Below, piece after piece: positions 1-7,995 of a stretch of 64,000 nt of DNA. This DNA is from Thermoleophilia bacterium (GTDB lineage Bacteria > Actinomycetota > Thermoleophilia > Gaiellales > F1-60-MAGs149): positions 1,098-65,097 of the forward strand of contig SHUX01000001.1 of NCBI GenBank assembly GCA_009694475.1, in the 5' to 3' direction. The notes below the pieces were generated by a model. It had not been told where the DNA came from. It saw nothing but the letters and a program-made list of their open reading frames with translations, and did no database searches. The position numbers and the translations under genes were made by a program. How positions within the stretch are numbered: the stretch's first letter is position 1; each line of letters starts with the position of its first letter.

Positions 1-1
1 A

Positions 2-1324
2 CATATCATCGATAACGACCTGCTCTTTATCGACCTGCACCTGATCCACGAAGTCACCACCCCCCAGGCCTTCGAGAGCCTCCGCCTCACCGGCCGAGGC
101 GTCCGTCGACCCGATCGCACGCTCGCGACGGCCGACCACAACACACCGACCTCTGCGATCGCCGATGGCATCAGCGACCCAATCTCGAAGAAGCAGATCG
201 ACACGCTCAAGCAGAACGTCGAAGATTTCGGCATCGTCTACTACCCGTGGGGGCATCGCCGCCAAGGCATCGTCCACGTAATTGGCCCCGAGCTGGGTGT
301 CACGCAGCCGGGTATGACGATTGTCTGTGGCGACTCGCACACAGCCACGCACGGCGCCTTCGGGGCACTCGCCTTCGGCATTGGTACCAGTGAGGTCGAG
401 CACGTGCTCGCCACTCAGACTCTGCCGCAGAAGAAGGCCAAGAAGATGCTCGTCCGCTTCGAGGGCGAGGCCGGACGTGGCATCGTGGCGAAAGACTTCA
501 TTCTCGGCTTGATCGGCCAGATCACGGCGGCTGGTGGCGCGGGCTACGTGCTCGAGTACGCCGGCCCCGCGATCGAGAAGCTGTCGATGGAAGGTCGCAT
601 GACGATCTGCAACATGTCGATCGAGGCCGGTGCGCGGGCGGGCTACGTGGCACCCGACGACACAACCTTTGCCTACGTGGAAGGCAAGCCAGGTGCGCCG
701 AAAGACTTCGATGCTGCCGTCGCGGAGTGGAGCCAACTGCGATCCGATCCTGACGCTGAGTTCGACCATATCGAGATTGTCGACGTCGCCTCGATGGCAC
801 CACAGGTCTCGTGGGGCACGAACCCGGGCCAGGTTGCCCCGATCACTGCCTCCGTGCCCGAGCCGACAACAGAAAATGAGGAGCGCGCGCTCGCCTACAT
901 GGACCTGAAGGCCGGGACGCCGCTGCAGGACGTGATGATCGACCGCGTCTTTATCGGCTCCTGCACGAACAGTCGCATCGAGGATCTCCGTGCCGCCGCC
1001 CAGATCGTCGAGGGCCGTAAGGTCGCCTCAACCGTCAACGCGATGGTCGTTCCTGGTTCGATGCTCGTCAAAGCGCAAGCCGAGCGCGAGGGGCTCGACA
1101 AGATCTTCATCGACGCCGGCTTCGACTGGCGCAACGCGGGCTGCTCGATGTGCCTTGGCATGAACCCCGACATCCTCCAGCCAGGCGAGCGCTGTGCCTC
1201 GACGTCGAACCGCAACTTCGAGGGGCGCCAGGGCAAGGGTGGCCGCACACACCTGATGAGCCCCGAGATGGCAGCCGCGGCTGCGATCACCGGGCACCTG
1301 ACTGACATTCGAGAGTGGGAGTAG
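2..1324 (+). CDS. leuC: 3-isopropylmalate dehydratase large subunit (5' end cut by window edge)
   Basis: Frame 2 is open from the window edge. Translation reads [24 protein letters not shown]..., then [47 protein letters not shown] and [13 protein letters not shown], which are aconitase-family LeuC motifs. leuD follows 3 nt later. Confidence 0.95.
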   Translation, partial: HIIDNDLLFIDLHLIHEVTTPQAFESLRLTGRGVRRPDRTLATADHNTPTSAIADGISDPISKKQIDTLKQNVEDFGIVYYPWGHRRQGIVHVIGPELGVTQPGMTIVCGDSHTATHGAFGALAFGIGTSEVEHVLATQTLPQKKAKKMLVRFEGEAGRGIVAKDFILGLIGQITAAGGAGYVLEYAGPAIEKLSMEGRMTICNMSIEAGARAGYVAPDDTTFAYVEGKPGAPKDFDAAVAEWSQLRSDPDAEFDHIEIVDVASMAPQVSWGTNPGQVAPITASVPEPTTENEERALAYMDLKAGTPLQDVMIDRVFIGSCTNSRIEDLRAAAQIVEGRKVASTVNAMVVPGSMLVKAQAEREGLDKIFIDAGFDWRNAGCSMCLGMNPDILQPGERCASTSNRNFEGRQGKGGRTHLMSPEMAAAAAITGHLTDIREWE

Positions 1325-1327
1325 ACG

Positions 1328-1918
1328 ATGGAGCCATTCATCCGCATTACGGGCACGACTGCACCGCTCGACCGCGCCAACGTCGATACCGATCAGATCA
1401 TGCCCAAGCAGTTCCTCAAGCGCATCGAGCGCACGGGCTTCGGCGAGTTCCTGTTCTTCGACTGGCGCAACGACGAGGACGACTTTGTTCTCGAGCGCCC
1501 CGAGTTCCGCGCTGCGCCGATCCTGGTGGCCGGTCCGAACTTTGGTTCTGGCTCGTCGCGCGAGCACGCACCGTGGGGCCTGCAGGACTGGGGCTACCGC
1601 GTCGTGATCGCACAGAGCTTCGCCGACATCTTCCGCTCCAACTGCTCGAAGATCGGCCTCCTGACAGTCGAGCTGCCCGGGGCCGAGGTGCGCGAGCTGC
1701 TCGACGCCGCACCAGCCGAGATCACCGTCGATCTAGAGACACAGACGATCGTGATGCCCGACGGGCGCACAATCGAATTTCCCGTCGATCCCAAGACGCG
1801 CGAGAACCTCCTCAACGGCTGGGACGACATCGCCCTGACGCTTCTGCGCGAGGACAAGCTCGCCGAGTACGAACGTGACCGCGAGCGCAACGGTCCGAGC
1901 ACGCTCTCGTTGGGCTAA
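1328..1918 (+). CDS. leuD: 3-isopropylmalate dehydratase small subunit
   Basis: 196 aa. DRANVDTDQIMPKQFLK and GPNFGSGSSREHAPW are typical LeuD motifs, and the gene sits directly after leuC. Confidence 0.95.
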   Translation: MEPFIRITGTTAPLDRANVDTDQIMPKQFLKRIERTGFGEFLFFDWRNDEDDFVLERPEFRAAPILVAGPNFGSGSSREHAPWGLQDWGYRVVIAQSFADIFRSNCSKIGLLTVELPGAEVRELLDAAPAEITVDLETQTIVMPDGRTIEFPVDPKTRENLLNGWDDIALTLLREDKLAEYERDRERNGPSTLSLG

Positions 1919-1938
1919 CGCAGCCCAGGTCGACTCGG

Positions 1939-2057
1939 AGTACGAGGGGGACACCACAAACCGGGGTTTGTCATGTCCCCTCTCGCGTCACCCCCACACC
2001 GATCGTGCGCAGGTGGGGGACATGACAAACCCCGGTTTGTGGTGTCCCCCTCGTACT
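1939..2057. repeat. Type-A nested inverted-repeat element, copy 1
   Basis: The arms 1939-1980 and 2016-2057 are perfect reverse complements over 42 bp (AGTACGAGGGGGACACCACAAACCGGGGTTTGTCATGTCCCC). Each arm is itself a quasi-palindrome. The 35-nt centre is unique. The element lies between the convergent stops of leuD (1918) and the oxidoreductase (2061). Confidence 0.9.
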
Positions 2058-2060
2058 GCC

Positions 2061-3317
2061 TCAGGAGCGGTACGTCGAGTACATGCGCTGGCCGGCGATG
2101 TGCTCGGCGACGTAGCCGGCGTCGCTCCAGACGCCCCAGATAAAGCTCGAACCGCGCCGCGATAGCCACGGCAGGCCGAGGAAGTAGACACCGGGTTCGG
2201 TTGATACCCCACGCCGGTGGGAGGGGCGGCCCTGCTCGTCGAAGGCATCGACCTGCAGCCACTCGTAGTCGGTACGGAATCCCGTCGCCCAGATGATCGT
2301 CATGACACCTGCCGCGGCCAGATCGAGCTCGAGCACGGGCTGCGTAACGCAGGCGGGCAACGGGCCGAGCGCGCGCGCCTGCGGCTCTTCGGGCAGGTCG
2401 AGGCCATTGCGCGCGACGTACGCATCGGCCATGTCCAGCAGTTCAAGGTAGTACTCATCGCCGTAGGCGATGTTGTCGGCGAGGTCGCTGGCAAAACGCA
2501 CGACGCCGTCCGAATACGACTCGGCACGACCGTACAACGCGATCCCCTCGGCGACAAGATCACGAAAGTCGATCGTGCGTCCGCCGTAGGCACCACTGAA
2601 GGCGATCGTGACGTGCTCCGCACCAGCCGGCGGAGTCTGCAAGTCCCAGAGGCCAAGCACACCCAGCCACCACACGAAATCGCGGTCGCGGTAGCGTCGT
2701 GGTGGCCGAGTATGCGGACCGATCGCCATCTGCATCAAGCGCCCAGCGCGTTGCAACTCATCGGCAATCTGCACACCCGATGCACCACCACCGACCACGA
2801 GCACGCCGCCCTCGGGTAACTGGTCCGGGTTTTTGTAATCGCTCGAGTGGAGCTGGAGCACGGGCGCATCCGCCGGCACCAGTGGTGGGATCACCGGCAC
2901 TTGGAAGGGGCCCGTTGCAGCGACTACATAATCAGCATCGATCGCGCCGGCGGATGTCTCCACACGAAAGCCACCGCAGTCGCCGTGGCATTGCACCGAC
3001 GTTACGTCGACGCCCGTGCGAATCGGCGCTTCGATCTGCTTGGCGTATTCCACGAAGTAGTCGGCGACACGCTCCTTGCCGGCAAAGACGTCCTGCTCGA
3101 TGTCATCGAAGCCGAGACCCGGAAAGCGATCGTGCCAGACGGGACCGTTAGCGACCAGCGAGTCCCAGCGCTCCGAGCGCCAACGCTCGGCGACACGATC
3201 ACGCTCAAGCACGACATGCTCGATGCCACGGATGCCGAGATGTTCGCTGATCGCGATACCGGCCTGGCCACCGCCAACTACCACGACCTCGATCCTCTCG
3301 GGAGCGTCACCCGCCAT
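2061..3317 (-). CDS. FAD/NAD(P)-dependent oxidoreductase, flavin-monooxygenase-like (CzcO/COG2072-like)
   Basis: 418 aa with two dinucleotide-binding motifs, VVVVGGGQAGIA and VVGGGASGVQIA, and a C-terminal ATGF..D segment typical of the family. Confidence 0.8.
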   Translation of the reverse strand: MAGDAPERIEVVVVGGGQAGIAISEHLGIRGIEHVVLERDRVAERWRSERWDSLVANGPVWHDRFPGLGFDDIEQDVFAGKERVADYFVEYAKQIEAPIRTGVDVTSVQCHGDCGGFRVETSAGAIDADYVVAATGPFQVPVIPPLVPADAPVLQLHSSDYKNPDQLPEGGVLVVGGGASGVQIADELQRAGRLMQMAIGPHTRPPRRYRDRDFVWWLGVLGLWDLQTPPAGAEHVTIAFSGAYGGRTIDFRDLVAEGIALYGRAESYSDGVVRFASDLADNIAYGDEYYLELLDMADAYVARNGLDLPEEPQARALGPLPACVTQPVLELDLAAAGVMTIIWATGFRTDYEWLQVDAFDEQGRPSHRRGVSTEPGVYFLGLPWLSRRGSSFIWGVWSDAGYVAEHIAGQRMYSTYRS

Positions 3318-3320
3318 GCG

Positions 3321-3680
3321 TCAGGCCAGCTTCGCAGTGTCGAAATACTCGGTAAAGCGGACAATCAGGCCGTCGCGCAACTCGACAACCATCACAAGAT
3401 CGAAGTCGGTGCGCTTGCCCTCAAGGTCGGCCGAAAGGAACTGGCCCTCGGCCAGCGCGACGCCGCCCGCCGAGGCGAGATGTCGGATCGGCACGCGTAC
3501 CTCGGAGATCTCTGCAAAGGCCTCGGCGCAGGCGGCGCGCACCGCCTCGGGGCCGACGGGAAACCCATCAAAGAGTGGTCCCTGATAGACACCATCCGGT
3601 GCGAAGCGGTCGGCAATCGCGTCGGGGTCGCCTTGCTCCCAGGCCGCGGCCAGCACGCGCATCGTCTCTTCTGCGTTCAT
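3321..3680 (-). CDS. SnoaL/NTF2-like small protein
   Basis: 119 aa. The size and the N-terminal pattern (AAAWEQGDPDAIADRFAPDGVY) resemble SnoaL-like domains. It lies 3 nt upstream of the oxidoreductase. Assignment is weak. Confidence 0.55.
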   Translation of the reverse strand: MNAEETMRVLAAAWEQGDPDAIADRFAPDGVYQGPLFDGFPVGPEAVRAACAEAFAEISEVRVPIRHLASAGGVALAEGQFLSADLEGKRTDFDLVMVVELRDGLIVRFTEYFDTAKLA

Positions 3681-3728
3681 CCCGTGCTCCTTCCAGACCG
3701 TCGATCGTCCCTGCCGAGAGGTTAGCGC

Positions 3729-4811
3729 CTAGACGTTGAAGCGCACGTTCAACACATCGCCATCTTGGACGATGTAGTCCTTGCCCTCAACGCGCAGCTG
3801 GCCGAGTTTCGTGGCCTCCGCACGCGAGCCCGCATTGACGAGGTCCTGCCAGTTGATCACCTCGGCACGGATAAAGCCACGCGCAATGTCGGTGTGGATC
3901 TTGCCGCCTGCCTCGACCGCATTCGAACCCTGACGAATCGTCCAGGCCCAGACGTCCTTCGGACCCGCCGTGAAGAAGGTGATCAGTTCGAGCATGCGGA
4001 AGGCGGCTGCCGCAACGCGTGGCGCGCTCGGCTCCTCCTGCCCGATCTCGGCGAGGAACAGCGAACGCTCCTCGGGATCCTCAATCTCTGACAGATCCGA
4101 CTCGAAGCGACCCGCTACCGCGACAACCTCGGCAGTGCCCGCATAGGCCTGGAGCGCCGCGACGGCGTCCGGGTCGCCGGACTCGGAGGTATTGGCGACG
4201 TACATCATTGGTTTCGCCGTCAAGAGGTCTGATTTCACCTCGAGCGGCAGCGTCTTGAACTTGGAAAAATCGCGCGCGGGCGAGCCGGCGTCGAGCACCA
4301 CGGCGAGTTCGGCCAACAGGTCCGCCTCGGCCTTAGCCTCCTTCTGCCCCACCTTGACGGCCCGCTCAAGCCGCTCCAGTCGCTTCGTCACTAGCGCGCC
4401 ATCCGCAAACAACAACTCGAGATCGACACCCTCGGCATCCGCCGCCGGATCAATGCGACCGTCGACATGAAAGACAGCATCGTCTGGGAATGTTCGCACG
4501 ACGTGAATCAATGCGTCTGCCGCCCGCAAGGCTTGCAAGAACTCGCCACTCAGACCGCCATCGCGACCAGCGCCACGCTGCAAGCCTGCGACATCGACCA
4601 ACTGCACCGTTGGTGGTACGAGACGCTGCGAATCCTCGACTTTGGCGAGCGGTGCCATCCGCACATCCGGCACCTGCGCGACACCCGTATTGACCGAAAC
4701 TTCGGTCGCCGCGAACGGCTGGACGACGACGCCCGCACCGGTCAACGCATTGAAGATGGTGGTCTTGCCGCAGTTCGGCAGACCGATGATCCCGATTTCG
4801 AGGCTGGCCAC
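3729..4811 (-). CDS. ychF: Redox-regulated ATPase YchF (Obg-family GTPase)
   Basis: A GTG at 4811 gives VASLEIGIIGLPNCGKTTIFNALTG (P-loop). The C-terminal TGS-like end reads GKDYIVQDGDVLNVRFNV. The 103 upstream codons of the ORF are Arg-rich read-through. Confidence 0.9.
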   Translation of the reverse strand: MASLEIGIIGLPNCGKTTIFNALTGAGVVVQPFAATEVSVNTGVAQVPDVRMAPLAKVEDSQRLVPPTVQLVDVAGLQRGAGRDGGLSGEFLQALRAADALIHVVRTFPDDAVFHVDGRIDPAADAEGVDLELLFADGALVTKRLERLERAVKVGQKEAKAEADLLAELAVVLDAGSPARDFSKFKTLPLEVKSDLLTAKPMMYVANTSESGDPDAVAALQAYAGTAEVVAVAGRFESDLSEIEDPEERSLFLAEIGQEEPSAPRVAAAAFRMLELITFFTAGPKDVWAWTIRQGSNAVEAGGKIHTDIARGFIRAEVINWQDLVNAGSRAEATKLGQLRVEGKDYIVQDGDVLNVRFNV

Positions 4812-4839
4812 AGCACGTGACGATATCCGGGGTCGCTCC

Positions 4840-5328
4840 TTAGCGGCGCCGCCGCGCCGGCACAAAGAGTCGCGCGACCCGTCCTGTGACTGCACCCAGC
4901 GCGTAGCCAGCCACCACATCACTCGGGTGATGGACGCCAAGATGGACCCGCGTGTACGCCATCGAGATGGCCGCGAGCTTAAGAGGCAGGCGCGCAAACG
5001 GCACCGCATCGCCAAGCGCAATGGCCGCCGCCGCGGACATCGCGGCGTGCGACGAAGGGAAAGACGACGAGGTCGGCGCCTCGATCGCCTGTGGTGCGTC
5101 CTCAAGATTCGGACGCTCACGCTTCGTAATCAGCTTGACGCCGTAGTTGACAGCCAGCGTCCCCCAGACCGCGACAGCAGTTGCGACCGCTGGTCGCGGA
5201 TCGCGCTTGAGCACAGAAATCGTCAGGCCGAGCGCAACCCAGCCCAGCCCACTATTACCGAGCAGCGAGTAACCACCGACGACGCGATCGACCTCGGGGC
5301 TACGCAGACGCGCGGCCGCAACAAGCAA
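4840..5328 (-). CDS. PAP2-family phosphatase (membrane)
   Basis: Carries the PAP2 tripartite signature: KLITKRERP (Kx6RP), SFPSSHA (PSxH) and TRVHLGVHHPSD (Rx5Hx3D). The start is uncertain. I propose TTG at 5328; the ORF stays open to 5475, but that start would overlap the next gene. Confidence 0.7.
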   Translation of the reverse strand: MLVAAARLRSPEVDRVVGGYSLLGNSGLGWVALGLTISVLKRDPRPAVATAVAVWGTLAVNYGVKLITKRERPNLEDAPQAIEAPTSSSFPSSHAAMSAAAAIALGDAVPFARLPLKLAAISMAYTRVHLGVHHPSDVVAGYALGAVTGRVARLFVPARRRR

Positions 5329-5365
5329 CGCATCATCGGCGGCAGCGACCGTACCGAGAAGACGG

Positions 5366-5581
5366 TTAGAAGCCGACGCGCGCCTCTTTCGAGAGGACCC
5401 GCATAAAGGCCACCTGACTCGACCGCACAAACAGGTCGCCAACCTCAGAAGGCAGTTCGAGCACACCCTCCTCACCCTTCTCGACCGCCTTCAACAACTT
5501 CTTCCACGCTGCGTCCGAAAGCGTCGCGGAGGTCGTACCGCCACCAACAAAACCAATCTCCACACGCACGTTCTCAGCCAT
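5366..5581 (-). CDS. DUF3107-like small protein
   Basis: 71 aa from the ATG at 5581 (MAENVRVEIGF...SKEARVGF). Size and termini resemble actinobacterial DUF3107 proteins. Confidence 0.6.
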   Translation of the reverse strand: MAENVRVEIGFVGGGTTSATLSDAAWKKLLKAVEKGEEGVLELPSEVGDLFVRSSQVAFMRVLSKEARVGF

Positions 5582-5999
5582 GCTGATTTCCTCCCGGTTG
5601 GACGAGTTCGAGCAAGACACCGCGCACGGCGTCGGGGTGAATAAAGGCAACCTGCAGACCGAAGAGCCCCGCACGCGGCGCCTCATCAATCATCTCAACT
5701 CCGGCGGCCAGCAACCGTGCACACTCAGCGTCGATGTCGGCAACCTCGTAGGCGACGTGATGCATGCCCTCACCACGCTTGGCAAGAAAACGCCCAACGG
5801 GCGTGTCGTCTGCATACGGAGCGACCAGTTCGATCATCGGCCCCGCAGGAGTACGAATCGCCAGCGCGCGCGTGCCGAGCTCTTCCGAGTCGTGGCCATG
5901 ATCAATGGTTGCGCCGATCAGTAAGGCGTAGTGCTCAGCGGCTGCCTCAAGATCCGACACGGCAATGCCGAGGTGATGAATGCCGATAGCGCCGTCCAC
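5574..5999 (-). CDS. mce: Methylmalonyl-CoA epimerase (VOC/glyoxalase fold)
   Basis: 141 aa. IHHLGIAVSDLEAA and GEGMHHVAYEVADID are metal-ligand motifs of VOC epimerases. Confidence 0.8.
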   Translation of the reverse strand: MDGAIGIHHLGIAVSDLEAAAEHYALLIGATIDHGHDSEELGTRALAIRTPAGPMIELVAPYADDTPVGRFLAKRGEGMHHVAYEVADIDAECARLLAAGVEMIDEAPRAGLFGLQVAFIHPDAVRGVLLELVQPGGNQHG

Positions 6000-6061
6000 A
6001 GGCCGGCATCGTATCGGAGGTCAAGCGTCACGGCCCCTCTAGGCGAGGCCAGCGTATCGAT

Positions 6062-7165
6062 TTAGAGCACGCGTTCGAGGCGCGGGTTCGGCAGCGGATC
6101 ACGTCCACGTTTGCCACCCACCTTGCCGTCGATCATCACAACGTCGGCCGTAAAGTCGCGCGCGCCGCGAATCAGAGCCGAACCGACGCCATACGAGTCG
6201 ACCGGCACTCCCGCAGCCTCAAAGGTCCGGATCTTCTCGGCATTGAAGCCACCCGAGACGACGATCCGCACGCTCTCGTGCCCTGCCGCGTCGAGTGCGC
6301 TGCGCACATTCCAGACCAACTGTGGGTTGACACCACGCGGATCGAAGCGGCCCATCATGTCCCACAGCGAGCGATCCACCATCGTGCCCGACGTGTCGAG
6401 GCGCACCCCCCACAGGCGCTTGCCCAACGCATCAGCTACGCGCAGTGCAGTGCCTACGCAGTCGTTCTCAAAGTCGACCAGCACGACGAGGTTCTGCTCG
6501 GGATCCGTACAGCGAGCGAACGCCTCGGCAGCCGCGACCGTGTCGCCACCGTAGGCCGCGATCAGACCATGCGGCACCGTGCCGAGACCACGATCGCCCC
6601 ACCAGGCCGCCTGCGCATCCGTCGAGACACCAATCGCACCCGCGACATGCGCGGCGTAGCCATCGCCCGTCTGCACGCGGTAGTGGTCGTGACGTGCCGG
6701 GAAGTACATGATCGGCTTCGGCGCAGCCGCCTGAACAACCTCGCGCACGTTGGTCGCGACGAGACTACGGCGGGCGAGACTGCCGAGATAGACCGTCTCA
6801 AGATGACAGAAATAGGCATAATCGCCCTCGATCGTCATGACACTCTCCCACGGCTCAATCTCATCGCCGTCGTAGAGCGCGTGGACCTCGAGGTTCTCCC
6901 AGCCTGATTCCCAGGTGCCGTCATCGCGCATCAATCCCGCACATTCGCGCAATGTCGCGATTGCCTCGTCAACACCGCCAAGCACCGAGGAGTAACGCTG
7001 GAAGACCTGCACCAAGACACGTGGCCGGTGTTCGTCACGCTCCAACACCTTCTGCGTGTAGTTGAAGTACGCATCCGAGTAGTAGCCCGCGCGGATCTTG
7101 TCCACCGGCAGGTCGAAGACCTGCGAGGGCAGGCGGGTCTTCGTGGTGCGTGGCAGGACGTTCAT
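6062..7165 (-). CDS. pncB: Nicotinate phosphoribosyltransferase
   Basis: 367 aa from the ATG at 7165 (MNVLPRTTK...YYSDAYFNYT, WGVRLDTSGT), which matches the NAPRTase family pattern. The upstream part of the ORF is read-through. Confidence 0.85.
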   Translation of the reverse strand: MNVLPRTTKTRLPSQVFDLPVDKIRAGYYSDAYFNYTQKVLERDEHRPRVLVQVFQRYSSVLGGVDEAIATLRECAGLMRDDGTWESGWENLEVHALYDGDEIEPWESVMTIEGDYAYFCHLETVYLGSLARRSLVATNVREVVQAAAPKPIMYFPARHDHYRVQTGDGYAAHVAGAIGVSTDAQAAWWGDRGLGTVPHGLIAAYGGDTVAAAEAFARCTDPEQNLVVLVDFENDCVGTALRVADALGKRLWGVRLDTSGTMVDRSLWDMMGRFDPRGVNPQLVWNVRSALDAAGHESVRIVVSGGFNAEKIRTFEAAGVPVDSYGVGSALIRGARDFTADVVMIDGKVGGKRGRDPLPNPRLERVL

Positions 7166-7222
7166 CTGTGGCGGTGATCGTACAGGGAATCGCAGGTCCG
7201 CCACGACCCGCATACTGCTGAT

Positions 7223-7786
7223 ATGGCGCTCGTCACCTATTTGCCGTCGTCCGACTACGCGGCGATGCCGTGGCGGAACGGCGCTGGCACAACCCATCAG
7301 ATCGCGATTGACGAGAGCCCTGGCGAGAGCGATGCCCCTTTTCTCTGGCGTCTTTCGATGGCTGACCTTGCAGGCGATGGTCCTTTCTCCGAGATTGCCG
7401 ATGTCGATCGCATCCTTGTGCTAATCGAGGGCGAGGATGTGCGGCTGACGATCGATGGCGCCGAACCCGAAGCGCTGGCCGAACACGAGGCGATCGCCTT
7501 TCCTGGTGACGTGCCGACGAGCCTGACGATGACGCCCGGTAGTGGCCGCGACCTCAACCTGATGTGGGATCGCACGCGTGTGCAGGGCATGGTCGACATC
7601 TTGAACATCGGCGACACCCTGCAGATCGAAGAACACATCGCTTTCACAATCGCACTCGGCACCTCCGCCACGATCGCGGTCGACGGCGACGAGCACGTGC
7701 TGGGCGAACAAGACGCACTCCAACTCGACGACGCCACAACCCTCGCCGTCCTCGACGGCGAGGTCTACGTCGCGCGCATCGACTAG
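7223..7786 (+). CDS. hutD: HutD/Ves-family protein
   Basis: 187 aa. The N-terminus (PWRNGAGTTHQIAI) and overall size are typical of the HutD cupin-like family. Confidence 0.7.
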   Translation: MALVTYLPSSDYAAMPWRNGAGTTHQIAIDESPGESDAPFLWRLSMADLAGDGPFSEIADVDRILVLIEGEDVRLTIDGAEPEALAEHEAIAFPGDVPTSLTMTPGSGRDLNLMWDRTRVQGMVDILNIGDTLQIEEHIAFTIALGTSATIAVDGDEHVLGEQDALQLDDATTLAVLDGEVYVARID

Positions 7787-7825
7787 TCAACCCCCGCCCC
7801 GAACCGCCAGCCAGGTCCGCTCGCA

Positions 7826-7989
7826 GTGCAGGGAGGACATCACAAGTGCGCACTTGTCATGTCCTCCCTGCACCAACAGCACGCAGCTGATGACGCTACC
7901 CGCGCGCTAAAAGGACATCACAAGTGCGCACTTGCATGTCCTCCCTGCACCAACAACACGCAGCTGATGACGCTACCCGCGCGCTAAAA
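7826..7989. repeat. Type-B palindromic hairpin plus 78-bp tandem duplication
   Basis: 7826-7873 is a 48-nt hairpin (GTGCAGGGAGGACATCACAAGTGC|GCACTTGTCATGTCCTCCCTGCAC) with one C/C mismatch. The unit 7835-7912 repeats at 7913-7989, with one 1-nt deletion and one substitution. The region lies between the convergent hutD and hutH. Confidence 0.9.
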
Positions 7990-7995
7990 GGGTGA

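Noticed and set aside
1946-2050. The repeat - 35-nt unique spacer - repeat layout, with ~36-nt repeats, superficially resembles a minimal CRISPR array. The same layout occurs at 24044-24170 and 55509-55613.
   Set aside because: The two repeats are inverted rather than direct. There are only two per locus. The loci are scattered between convergent genes, there is no leader, and there are no cas genes in the window. The direct-repeat resemblance arises only because each unit is itself nearly palindromic.
1875-2262. ORF-track peptides with recurring motifs (GDMTNPGLWCPP, GDTTNRGLSCP) appear at 1875-2165, 1915-2262, 23498-24154 and 23991-24302, hinting at a small protein family.
   Set aside because: The shared peptides are simply translations of the repeat element in different frames and strands. 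The remaining ORF sequence is Arg/Pro-rich non-coding-like or overlaps real genes.
3729-5120. Extended ORFs suggest much longer proteins: ychF at 463 aa, menG at 417 aa (28170-29423), ubiX at 242 aa, the substrate-binding protein at 436 aa, and 60901-62058 at 385 aa.
   Set aside because: The N-terminal extensions are Arg-rich and overlap upstream genes. Conserved family N-termini begin at internal ATG or GTG codons (4811, 28925, 29518, 10599, 61432), often with 4-nt overlap coupling.
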